Source: Blasia pusilla (lineage: Eukaryota). Taken from it: 64,000 nucleotides of DNA. The DNA lies in assembly GCA_050084515.1 (NCBI GenBank), contig CM114271.1, positions 22,010,001 through 22,074,000 on the forward strand. Direction: 5' to 3'. Under the pieces are notes generated by a model. That model saw only the letters and a program-made list of their open reading frames with translations. It had not been told where the DNA came from and searched no databases. The position numbers were made by a program, and so were the translations under genes. Positions 1 to 15,130 of this stretch are shown here, in pieces; position 1 is the stretch's first letter, and the number at the start of each line of letters is the position of its first letter.

Positions 1-654
1 CCCTGAACCTGCCCTAAAATCTGTAACATGAAGTTGAAATTACGACATACTGGAAAAGTAGTGACGGGGGATATATCATAATGGACCGATGGAAATAGGC
101 ATATAACAATGAAGGAGCTTCCAGATTGACAAAATTCTTCAGAGAAGAAACCTCAACACCTGTTAGAATACCCCAACAAACCACCGCAAGAGGACCTCTC
201 CAACGTATGTTGATGCTTGAGACAGATCAAGGTAAAATCTCTAGAAGTTTGCGCCTTTGTTTGAAACCAATATCCAAGAGAATAAAATGCAATCAAGCAC
301 GCTTGCATGCTCTGTAAGTAGGTCTGAACGGATCTCCAATAGCAATGATTGCATGCAATGGTTTTCCAAGGAGATGTTCAATTTTGACTGCTTCTAGTAG
401 AAAATTCTAGTTTGCACAACAGGTACTCTAAGACATGCAAATATGACAACTTGGAAATGATGCATTATGGTCTGCAGCTAGCAAAATGATGACTCAGAAG
501 AGAGCCCTAGTCCAATACAAGTGATGACCCAGCACTCATTTCATGGTTGCAACATGATGTTGGTCCAAAATTATATAAGGTGCTACTATTACAGGGGACA
601 ATGGTCCTCATTACTCCAAAGAAAACCTCAAAATTCCCAACTTAGAAAACGAAT

Positions 655-3600
655 CTATCCATTCCAACCATTGCCAGTGGCCTGAACTGAAGATTTCCTC
701 CTGTCATTACCTTTGGCCTGAAACTTCTTTTTTGCTGATGCTGTTGTACAAAGAATACACCGCATTCGAGGGGTACCAGACTCTTCTTCATCGTCATCTA
801 CCCTCTGATCATAAATGCTGTCATATCCAAGACTTGCCTGCTCTTTTTTTTTGTTCCCATCGGTTCCGATGCTGGACGTAACATTGAGGCAGGTGACATG
901 ATAGGCATGACTACAGAAAAATGCAACGACTGCAACATTTTGTAAAGCTACGGGATCCAGGCATATACAACATAGCCCACTTCCACTGATTGTTGAAGAG
1001 ATTCTTCCAGGTTTCGTGCCCCGATTTACACTACTTCCCACTCTCTGCATTACTGGAGGTGGCTGTCTGGTATTTTGGTTCTCCTCAGCTTTCACTGCAT
1101 TCTCAGTGCCTCCCACTCGGATTGCGTGTCGAGCTTCATCATAGTATCTCACAAGTAGGTCCACACAATCAGCCTGCAACATGAGGTCACAGAACCATCA
1201 ATCACCTTGAGAGACCCAAACTCAAACAAAAGCTGGGTATGGTTGTCCATATTTATTGTAGAGAAGGTCAAGGAATACCAAACTCTATGGGCCTGCCATG
1301 CCTGCATGATTTCTATTGTAAGTGTAGAAGATTCCCATGCACAGGCAAATGAGAGAAAGTCAATTCCACCATAATGATTTCAATCTCTACTGGCAGCTGA
1401 AGTTAGGAGGTGGATAAGAAGAAAAATGATGAAGCAGCAATGTGATGTGGCCAGAATCCACATTACTACCTTCAATATTTCATTGCATCCAATCCGAAGA
1501 GAAGTCTCGGTTCGATAGTCAGTAATGATCTTCACCAGGCGGTCCCTCAAACTGCAGTGGCCATTTCTGAAACAAATAAGTAACACCTTCTATTGCCAGT
1601 GGGTCTATAGCAATTCAAATCATTGATCAAAGTACCATCAGAATAGATCTATCTGACCCTCAACAAAAAAATATCCCATCTTCCAAGCATCATACCGTGG
1701 AATAGGCAGCCCCCCAGGAACTTTGTGGAGAAGATGTAATGGGTCAATATTCCCCACAGTATGCTCAAGCAGCGCACCAACCTGTGAGTACAGCAGGAGA
1801 AACTAAGTCAGATGAAGAGCCCAGAGTAAATGGAGCAGTATGAAGTTAGAAGTTCAGCGCGATATTTCCAAGGTCCAGTATAGGGAAGGAAATACGAGCA
1901 GTCGTTTCGGAAGCAATCAATGAGGGGAGAATGAGAGGAGGGAAGATACAGAGAATTCGTCTTGGAGATCTAAGATGCTAAGAAGCTGGACTAACAATGT
2001 AATTAGTGATAAGAAAATTAGATAACCATAATCGTTTCTGTTTAGCATTATATATGGTATATAGATGTCCACTCCTTGCACCATACTGCGAATCCAATTC
2101 CTGTGTGTCCCTTCTTTAGATCTCTCTGCCTTGTCGTTTCATCTTCCAGTTTGGTCTCCATAAAGCCAATTGAGACAACTACCTTCAGGTCGCCTCACTC
2201 AGAAATAAAGTGATTGATAGTATGACATTTTACTATGAAAATATGTAGACCTTAGACCTTACAACAACCTCTTGTATGACCTCTTCTTACCAATTCTGGG
2301 TGTTTCAGACTCAGGTTGATAAGCTCTTCCCACAGCTCATCGTCATGCTGAGAACTGATAAATTTGATGGCCTGCACATCCACCACAACCTGCTTTGTCA
2401 AACGATAATCATGATGAGGCATATTTTATCACTGATGTGAGTGATCTGGAAGTCAAGAGTGTCTGTGGGTACAAGCTGACCTCCTCCATGTCCTGGAGCT
2501 TATCAATTATCAGACCCAGAGCTTCCTTAACATTGCCCATTCTCCCGAGCAGAAAGACTCTCTCCCTTGTCAGACCTCTCTTTGTACAGATCTCATACGC
2601 CTGCAAGTCAGACCCATCATTGTTATTGGAAATAACTATGACATCTGCCAATCCTCAAGAACATTCAATTTCACTTCTGCAAAGAATTCATTGAAATGAA
2701 TTAACATTATTGAGTATTATTATGATGGGACAGGAAAACAAGTCTTAGATACCTTATCCAGATTGAAGTGCTGGCTGCTCCGCAAGAATGGAAGAAGCAG
2801 TCGAGGCTCAAAATCAGCATACAATTCCACCTGTGCAAATAGAATTAAACAAGAATTAGACACCCTGTAGTGCAAAGACAAGTTGTCATGAGCTGAACAC
2901 TGTCCCTTTTCCAGTTATGAGACTTACTGAGCAGAAAGAGCTTCAAATAAACACCAGGTACAAGAACTCAATATGATGCTTGTGCTTGAGAGCATACAAA
3001 CCCACCTTCAGAACGGTTGTATAGGACACCAGTAAAACCGAGATCAAACAATCTGTGCAATAGAAACAGAACAGAAGGACTACAGCTATGACAGATGTGC
3101 TGGAGGAAGTACGGGACTACTGAGTGCAGACTAAAGAAATGAAGACAATGATCGGTTTCAAAGAAGACTGCAAGTTCCTGAGCTCAACCTGCATATTGTG
3201 AAACTCTCTGCCTGCATTGGGATCCTTCTCAAATAGTGCATGCAAGTAAGAATGTAGCAGTTGTCTCTGGTCAGGTCCGGCCCTCCGTAGCTGGGTCACA
3301 ACTTCTGAAGCAGTTATCTCGTCATGCTTTTGAATGAGCAGTGAAATTGTCCTCTTTGCATCCAACTTCATCAAAAGGACAACCTGAGAAATGAAAAGTG
3401 GCACCACTCATTAAACATGGGAGTAAGGAGAAAGCAGATTGAAGATTGAAGATATAAAAAAAGAATGGAGCTCAGTCACAGTAAGCCAAGTCCTCTTTAG
3501 AGGGGTGGCGAATGCTCGAGTTTATTTTGAAATGCATGAGGAAAGTGCCAATCTGTGGTCTCGAATAGTTTCAAAGACCTTCCATGCCACCTTGTTGCCT

Positions 3601-6600
3601 TCAGGTGATACTCTGGCAATCATGATTTCCATAACCTGATCCTGGGTTGTGGGATGTAGGTCTCATTCATACTTATTTGTGGTACTTCTTTCAGCAATTG
3701 GTTAGTCAAACGGTTTATAAGGCGGAACAAGGGTTGATGTGTCCTCTAAATTTGACCAAAGTTCACCAGTAGAAGTTTGGTACACATGAACAAACAGGTG
3801 AAAATCTCCATGTAGCCATGGGGGTCTAAATCAATCTAGACAGAAATCTTCACAAGCAAACTATGAACATGTCACAGAGAGTCCTCTTTGACAAGATCAG
3901 CACTACTCCATAGCCATACAATGTACCCAGAAAGGAGAATGTAACTCTTGAAGGTAAATTATCCTTATCTGCTCAGATGATCTTCTCAGATCCAGGTGTA
4001 ATACATAATTTGTGCACCGGCAGAACTTACTTTATCATGCACATCTCGTTGTAAATTGTGCTCCTCGATAAAATCAAACACGTTTGGTCTTTGCAGCTGT
4101 ATTAACACAGATCAACGTGAGACCAAATATGTTTACATGATTGAACCAGAATCCAAGTGGTAATGGAAGACATGTACTGGCATCAATGTATGACTGGATG
4201 GACCATAGTATGACACAGTTGTGCATCCACTGCATCCACTGCAAGCAGTGTAACGAAAACAGAAACACAGCACTCAAATGGCCTAATAATTAAAAAGACA
4301 AATGGTGCCTTCCTTACCTCCACAAATATTGAAAGAGCTTTACTGTATTCTTTATCTGTTACATATAATTCAGCAAGGGCCTGTACCATTTACACGTGTA
4401 CACGTGTCAGCACATGCTAGTGCAATAGTAGGACAAACATTCAAAACCTTCCCAAAAAAAATCTCCAGTTACATATTATTCCACATTCTAGCACCATGAA
4501 AAGTCTTGTTTCCGTAGTATAATCAGACAATATTCTCGACAATTCATTAGTCAAGACACTCCAAAATATTCTTAAAGTCACTCACCGCATTCAATGCATC
4601 AGATTTTGAACTTGTCCCAAGCTGCAATTGTATCGCTGTGGTGATGGTGGAATGCGAGTACAAGGCAGGAGGCCAAGTTCGAATTGTTGTAAGTAACTGC
4701 TCGTGGTAAGTAGGGTTTGTAAGCAAAGCATTGAGAACCACCTGCATTCCACATCACAGTCCTTTCTATGATGAAAAGTGTGCACCTACCATCCTCTTTC
4801 AAACTAAACAATTGCAGGTCTGGCATGTTCAAGAATTGGACCAAGCAAACCTGCTGCACAAATCAGTGAACTCTGAAACCCAAGCATACAGATAGAACAC
4901 TTGCAATACCGCAAATCTTTCTGCAATCACATTGTAGGAAGAAAACCCACAGCCAATTGAATTCCTAACGCTGCTTACTTGGACAAATTGACCATTGTTA
5001 ACACAAAACCTTTTCACCCCCTGACAGAACATGAGCGAACTCACCTCATATACTGTATCTCGAAGTTGGGGATCAGCAGTCGGAATATAAGGAGCAAGAA
5101 CAGGAAGTTGCCTCAAATGAGCGAAGTGAAACACCCACCTGCCATAAAACCAACTTACAGACTGATTCACTAGAAAAAGAACAGACTTCCTCTCTCATGC
5201 AAGAAAAAGGAGTAAATAATACCTCTCCCACGCTGCTGCAGATCCACGCAACAACTTTGGACATAAAGAAGCAGCCTGAGCATACTGCCGTTCTAGAAGT
5301 AAATGGTCCAAGTATCTTGACCCAACCTGCAACCACACAATCAAAGGTAAATAATGACTTTGAAGATAACAGCACATTACGAAAAGCTCAGAAGATAACA
5401 TTTCTAGTTGAAGTGGGAGTTAAATAAGCTAGGTTTTTAAGACTACCCTGAGTAGAATGTTGGAAGGAGTACATACTTCTGACTTTGAAGGAAACAACTA
5501 GTGGCTTTAACTGTACCTCTTCCATCAGCTCTGGGCCAGCTTTTCCAGCCTCCACAGCTGCCAGAGCTTTCTCATGAAAACCATGCTGAAGAAGCCAACT
5601 TACATGATCATCTGCATCTCTGGTAACATTCAATGCACAAAATTCAGAACACACGGAGCAAGCGCATATGTTGATATTGCTAAGCTAGTACCACCAGAAC
5701 TGTTCAACACATTCTGCAGCCTAAATTCACTGCCCAAAGCTGCTGCACAGGTAAGTAACGTATATTGGGGATCCCAATCAGGGAAAGTACAGGGTGTTGT
5801 AAAGAGCTTCCTGGTTGACACTTGGAAGCTCCGCACGAACACTTTGTATGGTCAGCACTCATTATATGAGAGTATCTCCGTCCTCTCATATGCTACCTAC
5901 TTCACTTCTTCTCTCAACACCCATCCCAGTCTCTGGCACCATCCACGCAGGTAACTGGGTCTATGGTCGCAAGGCTAACATAGACAATACTTAATGAGGA
6001 CAATCTGGTAACACTCAATGAGCCACTGCCATACAAGCTCCTGACGGTCCTTAACATCAGTAACACTATACTGTATTTTGTGTGCCATTACATGCAGGCA
6101 GAGAGGGCTGCAAAAGCTAAGAACTCAGAAGGAAACGTGAGTACATTTGTGACAGCCAAGGATAATTCAATCTGAAAAGCAGGGTCAACAGCCACTTCAA
6201 GGAACCTGGGTTAAGATATTAGGGCCCACTTGAACTCATTCAAACCAAGTACTGGAAATAATACTTCGTAGCATGGGAAGATGGAATGCAACAAACAACA
6301 GACCTTGGTCTTGCGATGACAACATCCTTGGGTGAGACAATGTAATATAGAGGTTCATCTCCAGCCACCCACTGACCTCCCGCAGTCCTTTTACCTGTGA
6401 AGAAACACTATAAATGAAGCTTGCAACTCGTTGCCACCGCCTACCAGTAAAGAGACTTCTCAAGCTTTCAATCACTAACCAAAGACATAGTCACAGAGCT
6501 TACCAGTAAAAGGTGCATGGGCAAGCACATAATCCTTGGCCTTATAGTGCTCATACCCATGGACAGGTAGAGCATCCACTGTGAGTTCCTCATTTTGCCA

Positions 6601-8992
6601 AGTCACAATGCGTACCTCTGGTCGATGTGCATGTCCCTGTCTTGCAACCATGACATGTAGTATTAACTTCCATGTGGATATAAAAAAACCACTCTTCAAA
6701 AGAATGGTGCTCTACTTTAACGCCTATCCAACAGATGCTCCCATCGAGCCATGATGGTCTCAACTCACCCTTTCATTCACTGTGCTAGTGGGCACTATAC
6801 TCAGCTTGAAGCCCAACATTTGACTTTGTTTAATGTTCTTCAGATCTACATTAAAGATGAACTGAAAGCTAGAACACAAATTTCTTTTACTCTACAGTGA
6901 AAGTAATATGCCCTTACTATGAAATGTTCCAGAATCAAGGGTTTTCAAGTACCTGCTTCGAAGAAAATCCAATAGTAGGAGTAGTAGCAGAAGTTGTGGT
7001 GGCAGTGGCAGCAACAGCAGCTTCTACTTGACCAGTTCCAGTTTCAGGAAGGTATGCTAAGACAACTAGGGCATCACCATAAGGAGCAAGACCTGATATG
7101 TAATACTCAGTTGAAAAGACAGACAAAATTTCTACATATTTGGATCCAGATCCTATCCCAAGTACACTGCCATTCTTCCCGTCCATAGTTCGAACAGCAG
7201 CAATTTTGATGCAGTTGGCCCAGCCAAGAACAAGCAGGGTATCATCCTGACATTACAATCACATATGTCAGCAGAGAACTTGAAGTTTGTAGGTTTAGTG
7301 CTTTACATAACACAATAAGAGAGACATACACTCACTGATCCAACTGAAGTAGAAATGTGCATCAATTACCTGCCAAACCAAGTGAGGACGTAAAAGTTCA
7401 GCACGTGGACTCCCTTTGGGTCGTTCTGTAAAAAGAAGACGTTGATGAGTTGCTGTATCATACACCTTCACTCCATAATCATTTGCCCAGGCTATGAGAC
7501 TTGTCCTCCACTTGACTGCATGAACAGGACCCTCTCCAGAGTGCAAGACCTGAGAACACCACAGGTAAAATTTAAATTGAGTTTGTAATATTTTCAGTTA
7601 GTCCACCTGAGTACACAAACATTCTCCAGAATGCATTGCCAATAAAATCCCTGTAAGTATTTCAAGACTTCAGAAATTACATCAAATATCACCTGATCTC
7701 GTGACGCAAACCAACCCTTGCTGTTGAAGATAAGTTGCCCTGCCAGACCTCCACTTGCAAATTGCCTGGATGTGTTTCTAGAATACTCTGGATCCAGAGC
7801 TACAGCTTTCATTGGTCTGTGATACTCAAACTTCTCACTCTCGTCGGTGTACAAACTATTGATCACTACAGATCCATCATCTGAACAACTTCCGATAAAC
7901 TCCCCTTGTGCGTCAAAACTCAACTCATTAACAGTGGCAGAGTGTGCTGCAAAGTGTTTCACCTGCAGACAACCAAAGAAAATTTGATTTCATTAAACGA
8001 CGTAATAAGTACCGTGGACACCATTGCATTCCATCAAATCCACTGGAATGATATTCTGCAAACACCCTTTAGCCTCTGATCCAACGTTGGTATCTAAAGG
8101 GAAAATAACTGAACCAGAGTTGAACGAAACTGAACTGAAAAGATCACAAATGTCATGGTGGATTTATTTCCTAATTACGCAATATGCAGAGATTTTTATG
8201 ACAGAATTCCCCAAGTCAATCTCAGGGAGGAGATAATACCATAAATCCTCATTTCTTGTGAGGAGTCCTCGTTCTCACAAAACAAGACTGTATACACGTC
8301 ACTGAAGAGTGAACATACAAAAACCTACAGGATGTCAAGAGAACCCTACAAGGCAATCAATGGCAACCTCCAGAAACCACACTCCAACCCATACTTCCTC
8401 TGGGTTATCACCCTGAGTTTTCAGGCTGAAAGGCTGTGTAGACAAAAATAAAGTTACAGGAAGACTTAGCACAGTTTCTGAATAGCCATTCAGACTCTAG
8501 AAATATCTTCTTCCCATCTGTGATCACACTATCCTCTAGTGCATTCTTTGATGAGTGAACTTGAAATGTCCACCACTGCCGATCCAAACTACCGAATAGT
8601 AAGTAAAGTCATGAGAATGTATAAAGACAACCATAATGGGGGGTCTCATACACTGCCTTACTTTCAATTCACACACTTAACATTAGGGTAAATTTTAAAC
8701 TGGTAGAACATGGTACCTGATTGCCTTGATAGTCAAGAAGATGCACCGTGCCATCATGAGTACCGAGAGCTATGATTCGTTCAGCTACAGTTAGGCAAGA
8801 TGCAGAATCACGTGTAAGTAGAGTGGGCAAGCTTCCAGCCATGCGCTGATACTTCAACTGTGGCTCCTCGTCTTCTCTCACCTCCTCTTCTTCCTCTTCT
8901 GCATCATCTTCCTCATCATCCAGTTCATCATCGCCATCAATACCATCATGCATGGCTGCCTTTGACTTGTCATCAACTGCAAAAGGACCCAT
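655..8992 (-). CDS. VPS41: Vacuolar protein sorting-associated protein 41 (HOPS subunit), multi-exon
   Basis: Exon peptides match VPS41: acidic N-terminus then EEPQLKYQRM (8717-8992); WD40 region HSATVNELSFD...GSCSDDGSV (7693-7962) and HSGEGPVHAVKWRTSLIAWAND (7370-7549); DHVSWLLQHGFHEKAL; clathrin-repeat exons; C-terminal RING-H2 CCICLD...FFCSHAYHVTC...CILC with TAG at 655-657. About 19 GT-AG exons; internal boundaries only partly checked. Confidence 0.93.
5669..5980. repeat. Dispersed solo-LTR-like repeat in a VPS41 intron, copy 1
   Basis: Similar by eye to about 9880-10171 (shared blocks gcctaRattc...aagctgct, cacccatcccagtctct, ctatggtcNcaag...aaca). Starts TGTTG and ends AACA; no TSD found. 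Confidence 0.45.
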
Positions 8993-9879
8993 AAGATCTA
9001 AAGGGTAGGTAGGGCAAGACTTTGGCTCCCTTTCTCAATCCTGCATAATTCAGGACAAGCCAGAATAAGGATTCATTCGCTCATCACATCACTATCAATC
9101 ATAAACAATCAGAATCATCAGAACCCTGCAACTTTTCTCGTTCCTGGATGGTCTTAAAATCTAATGGACAGGGTGACATCAGAACCCAACCTGGTCCATC
9201 TTCAAAAGGATTCCTTGAGAGTACATGCCATAATAAGAATGTAATCTGTAGAATCAAGTGATTATACCATTTTGCTGTGTCACCCAGCAGAAGCCACAAC
9301 TTCAACTCAGCTCTCAGCCTGAAACTGCTTGTAGGCTATTCCGGGACCCTTAGTTCTTCTTACTTCCATAGAAGAATCTTGATATTTTTCATAGACCCAA
9401 CTCTCAAGCAGTTACAACAATGGTAAGACAATGGTTAATAATTGGGTATTACAACTCCTGGGTATAGAATGACATCGTCAAAGACCGATTCTAAGGCATA
9501 ATAGGCTGCCCTGATGCTGATGAATGACTCAGGTGGAACAGAATGTCTTGACGCCAGTGAACCCTCCCAACTGCAGCTGACTTACACCCCCTCTTCAGAT
9601 ATCCAACAGGCTTCGGAGTTCTCTGGATTATTAAAGAATTGGCCTCAAATCAAGCAGACAGTAGGATGTGAACTTCTGGGAAACCTTTCCCTAACACTTT
9701 GGACTAGAAATGTCTATTCTAGGAGGTGCAGGATCTGTGGTAGTGAGGCTACTGCAAGGACTACTAAAGGAGTACAGTCTCATTCTCATGAAAGCTCTAG
9801 TCATTCTCTGGTCACTTATGCACAACATATGCCAAAAGAGCCACAACCTACACTGAAAGTACTATCAAATCCAATTATC

Positions 9880-10171
9880 ATGCTCAGTAGCCTAGATTCC
9901 CTTCCCAAGCTGCTACACCGGTAAAATTTGATTTGGGCGTACTTGTGTTGTAGAGGGGCTCTTAGCTTACACGCAGGCCTTCCACACCCACACTCAACAT
10001 GGCAAGCACTCAAACTGTATGAGACAGTCTCCCACCTCTCACATGCTACTTCTTCACTACTTTCTCCCTAAATCCCTATAAATAATTTCATTCTTCATTC
10101 CCTATGCACCCATCCCAGTCTCTACTACCATCCAACCAGGGAATAGGCTCTATGGTCCCAAGTCTTTAACA
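9880..10171. repeat. Dispersed repeat, copy 2 (upstream of the VPS41 ATG)
   Basis: Diverged match to 5720-5980. Confidence 0.45.
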
Positions 10172-10309
10172 GGCTCTAATCAATGGTGACCTTGTAGCCG
10201 AACTTGCAAAAGATCTTCAAAATGAAGAGATCTTGAATTGAATTCCTGCTCCTGACAATGCAGGGAGGTCTCAGACCCAGGAAGTGGTGCCTCCCACCCA
10301 GGGCATGGG

Positions 10310-10552
10310 TGACCCACACTCAGGAGAGAAATAACACTAGCAAGCCTGAAGTATGGATTAACATGGGCTACGCACCTGGGATGGTGCTTACAACTAAGTG
10401 AGGGGCTCCCTCGTTATTTCTTAAATAACGATGACCCACACTTGGGAGAGAAATAACACTACCATGCCTGAAGTATGAATGAAGTATGAATGAACATTGG
10501 CTATGCTCCTGGGATGGTGCTTACAACTAAGTGAGGGGTTCCCGTGTTATTC
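10310..10552. repeat. Two-copy tandem duplication, unit about 120 bp
   Basis: tgacccacact...gagagaaataacacta...cctgggatggtgcttacaactaagtgagggg occurs at 10310-10420 and 10432-10552. Confidence 0.85.
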
Positions 10553-13500
10553 ATTATTTAATGATGATTTAAAATCACTCATCAAACCCCTTAAAGGTCT
10601 TAAAGATCCTCATGGGTCACAATGAGATCAAGGTGAGGCTTCTAGAGATTCTAATTCATCCAAATCTGCAGTTGATCCCCAGGACCACGACCTTAACATG
10701 ACCAATTTCAGCAATCTGGATTCTGATTGGATGCTCAATTGATCTGGACTTTACAGAAATCTGTGGACAAGCCAACTTAGGTAATACTCTATGGATCTGG
10801 AAGAATTGGGATGTAACTAAACTGATATTGAAAATGAGATGTGTTTTGACGATAAGAATATGAGTTGACAATTGAGGCATGAACAGTAGCAATTACATTA
10901 AACACCATGTTTCAAAATTCAGGGTGCACTGCTGTATATTCTAGTGTGGTGGAGAATAGTTCCATAACTAAATACATGTGTGATTTCATATTCAAATCCG
11001 AAGTATTTCTTAATAATTCCATTGTAGATGAATCGAATGTCACAACAGGAGACTGAAGGCCATGATGTCTCAAAACAAAGAGAGGTCACATATTCAATTT
11101 CTTTATCATTATTTTACAATAAAGAATGAACAGGATGAGAGGAACTGTAGTCCTGCTTGAAAGGAAAAACCCGGCCAGAACCTATGAAGACGGGGGGTCA
11201 CCATTCCTCATTGGCACATGCCTCCTGAGTATCCGACTGGTGGCTGTGTGATTCCCAGCAACCAAAATGAAATTCCTGTGGTCTTAGTCTAAAGAGGATG
11301 CACTTCTGACCACTTGACAAGGTTGAAGATCCACTTGACAAGGTTGAAGATCTCTGACAATTAAGAGTTCTTGGAGCTCAAATTCGGAGCTCCAAGATTG
11401 TTTCAGATCCTAATGTCAACCCCAGTTCGATCAATGCAGCACATCAGGCACTGCTTCTCTTGTTTGATGTTTAATGGATCATGTAATTGTAGCCTTAGTT
11501 CCGAGAGACAGGACAACATGGTGAAAACTTTGAATCACGGTAGCAGAAACTTGGCTAGGGAATTATCTATCCCAATGAATTTATCAGAATCTAAGCCTTC
11601 CTGTCGAGTTCAATATTTAGGCTAATCATTACACGTGCTTTGCAAAGCAAGCCGCTCTGGCTTCCTTGTAAGAAGCTCATGGAGCAATGTGCTGCAGCAT
11701 GCTGGGTTTCGTGTTCATAGGAGATATCTTTAATCTCAGTAACCAACGGAATCAGCTTGTAGAAGCATCAGACACAAGACTTCAAACAACAACGTAGATC
11801 ACGGCAGCAATCGATGAAGCTAATATTAGTCACTCCAGCAGCGGCAAGCAGAGAATCAGACAGAGAGGGGGTCCGCATTCATGATAACGCGATGCTTTAG
11901 ATACGAGCTGAATGGAGCTTGAATCTATTTTCCAGGTCCCTGTCAGTGCCACTCCAGATACCACCATCAAGAGTAACCCATTGACTTGGATTGTAGGAAG
12001 TAAACTTAGGCAAGGCTCATCTATCTGTCCCAGTCATCCGTTATACAGTCCACGTCGAGCGTTTTCGGGAGAACCACTCAGCTTCGAGAGTAGAGATAGT
12101 ACTCGGAGCAGCTATCAACGTTGCACATGTGGGAAATTGGATTCAAGCTAAAATGGAATTTGATCGATGACTGTACCGAGAATCTACTGATTGATCGGTG
12201 GCTGAAATGGGCTAAAACAATGAGCCCACTGGAGGAGGGAAATCTAAGTTGTACAATCGTAAATCTCTTACAAACGTGTTCAGCTATCCTGGAGATAGCT
12301 TCGGACTCAGGATAGAATAGCAAAACATACAAACAAGAAGAGGACTGATTGAGAAAGTTGGTCGAGGGTTCTAAAGATCGAATCAAAAGCACCAATTCAG
12401 ATCGACTCGCCTCGACTCAAACTTCAAAACCAAGTGAAGTTTGAGCCTTCTGGGGGATGTATATGCCTATCTCAGTCCCTACATGGATTGGTGCCAATCC
12501 TCAAAAGCCGAGATGCCAATCTCCGAAAAGTTACGACAATTCTTCGCCATAAAAGTTGAAAGGACCTGGATGAGGCAGCGGCAATGAAGGTAGGCCGCAA
12601 GGTTCCCTCAGTCCGAAGTCCTTTGTTTTGATGTATTCCACGGACACCACTAATCGATGAATAAACCTTAAAACAGAGAATTACACCATGAGATTGCTCT
12701 CTCCTAATGGACTTTATCCTCTCCGGATCTGAAACTGCTGCGGACATCCTGCAAAGACCATGCCAGTGCCTGCACCAGCAAGTCTACGACGGAAGAGCAC
12801 ACGACGGGTATACCAGTGAGTCCCAGATTGACCATGACAGTTCGATTCTCGGAGCGTGGAGGGTCAGCCAGAGCACCACCTTTTGAATAGCACGTTCCCC
12901 CCGATTCGATGTTCGTTAACGGTCAACCTACTCTCTCTGCCGGAGCACCAGCTTCTTCTTCACAGCAATTTTCCCCGCAAACATAACGCGTCTTCATGCC
13001 ACGGAACTCCTTCCAAGGCTGTCAGTCTTCAGAGGACAGCGAAGAGAGTGAACCGGCCTACCAAGTTCGCGCGCGGACAGATCCGAGGACTTTCGGGTTA
13101 TTCTGCTCTCTGCTGGAAAGGAGGTGAAGGAGTAGCAGAACAAAATGGAGGAGACATTGCTTGGACCTGAATTTGAGCGACCTGAACGTGATTGATCCAG
13201 CGACTGCTTCGGCTCTCAAACGCTTTCACAATAATATCTTTGATTGGTTGATTGGGATACACGTACAGACTAAAACTCTAACTAGAGCTTCCCGATTGAA
13301 TGCTGGTCCTTCGAAAACACAAGGCTGGTGGGATTCAAGTTTCAAACTCGCACTCCAGTGAGCGAGTGGAACCGAATGGGGAAGAGTTCATACGAATCCG
13401 TCCCTAATTTTCCCTCCCTCTTGCCGTGCGCAAGTCGGTGTGACACTGGGCCGAGTTGGTAGGGGGGGGGATACGAGGTAGAACAAGCGAGATTACTAGG

Positions 13501-13649
13501 AGTTGTGGCGGAAGCGAAGGAAGAACATTCCACGGGTTTCCGTTTTTTGAAGGCCCATGGCTTTTCGGGTGACGGGGGAATGAAGGGGTTTGGAGGAGTC
13601 TCTTACGTGAACCAAAAAGGGAGGCCTCCTATTACCCGAATTCACCGAT

Positions 13650-15130
13650 GGCAATATCAACTATGTATATAAAAACATAATTATCACCAAGAGGACCTCT
13701 CCCACCTCTTGAACCCTCTTCAAAATCTCATTGTCTTGGGCATGCAGCATAGCTATGTAGACTTGTTGCTGCATTAGAGACATCACACTAGCTAAAAATA
13801 ATCCACTTCTCAACGGAAGATGATAAGCATAATAAGTAAGGAACAAATCAAACCTCTCCCTCGTAGTCCCATACATCTCTATAGCTAGGGGGACAAATCG
13901 ATATCCGTCATGAAGTCAACTATAGAGATGGGTCTTCTTCGCCGCATCCGCCACTCCTAGTAACAATCTCTCTTGTGCCACCACATGGGCTCACACAACC
14001 TCTTGTGTAGGATATGTCGCTACAACATCGACCATTACCACCTCAGCCTCCCATATCACATAAAAATCAATACAAATAAGGGAATCTCCCATGAAGTAGT
14101 GCCGCTCTTTGGTGTAAGTACATCATGCAATATGGAAAGCAATGAGGAGGAGGTGAGCCCCCACACATGACTTGGCCCCCTTCTAAGAGCCTTCTTGGAG
14201 CAAAAGCGAATACGGGCCCGAACCTCCATGAGAATACCCCCATCCCACAAAGTGCCTCTAAAAACTACCTCAAAAGCCAAGGGTGCCACTAACTCATTCG
14301 AGAGAAGATCTACCATGCCAAAAGTAATTGATCAAGAAGCCTCTCTACAAGCTAACTCTCCCATGGGGTCACTCTAATTAGTCCGGTCTTAAAAGATCCC
14401 CCGAACACATGTAGGATCTTCCTATCGAATGATCTATAGAGAGTATAAAGATGAATAGGCATCCTAGAGGAGAGAATGCCATAAGCAACATAAGGATCGC
14501 CAATCCTCATGAGATTATTGATGTCGATCAAATCCTCAATAAGAAGTCACCTCCCCTAAAAACTCCAAAAAAAGTCTCGCCTCCCAATTGGAACTCCCAA
14601 GACAAGAAGCCCTCCGGCATGTGTCATGAATCTGTCATGCAAATGAAGACCATCATTTGTGTAGGTCTGATTGAGACTCTGCCTTGCACTTTCCCATCTT
14701 CATCACGAGGTCGAGAAGACCCAACACATGCCAAGTGCGCAAAAAGCCCTAAAGTGCAGGGACGACTAGATCTCCAAAGCCAATAATATGAGTATCATCT
14801 CCCAAAAAGGGAAAAATGCAACTCATGACAAGGGAGATGAAAGCCTCCACCGTAGAGAGAAGTGCTCAATAATGAGCCAAAGAAAAAGGCACAACACCCA
14901 TGGGGTCACCTTGACAAGTACCTATGATGGACTCCAAAAATCGCGACGTCTTCCTCAATCCAACCATGGTGGAAATAGAGGGTTGACGGGATTGTATAGA
15001 AAGTTGGAACAAAGGGAAGGAGGCTCACGTACGATGGGCCAACCGCATCCCTCGACTTTGTGAAGAGAGCTACTTGTAACACTAATTTGAAGGCGTTCTC
15101 TATCCACTTGGAGAACCATCCACTAAGGGT
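13650..15130 (-). mobile_element. Decayed 3' fragment of a non-LTR retrotransposon with restriction-like endonuclease (CRE/R2-type)
   Basis: The minus strand reads VMVDVVATYP and GYRFVPLAIEMYG...FDLFL...QQVYIAM, the typical RLE C-terminus. Broken by stops and frameshifts; limits approximate. Confidence 0.6.

Noticed and set aside
11310-11352. 21-bp tandem duplication (and similar 24-bp repeats at 21039-21096)
   Set aside because: Ordinary slippage-type microduplications.
10600-13500. Short ORFs upstream of VPS41
   Set aside because: No recognisable protein motifs; probably 5' UTR intron and promoter sequence.
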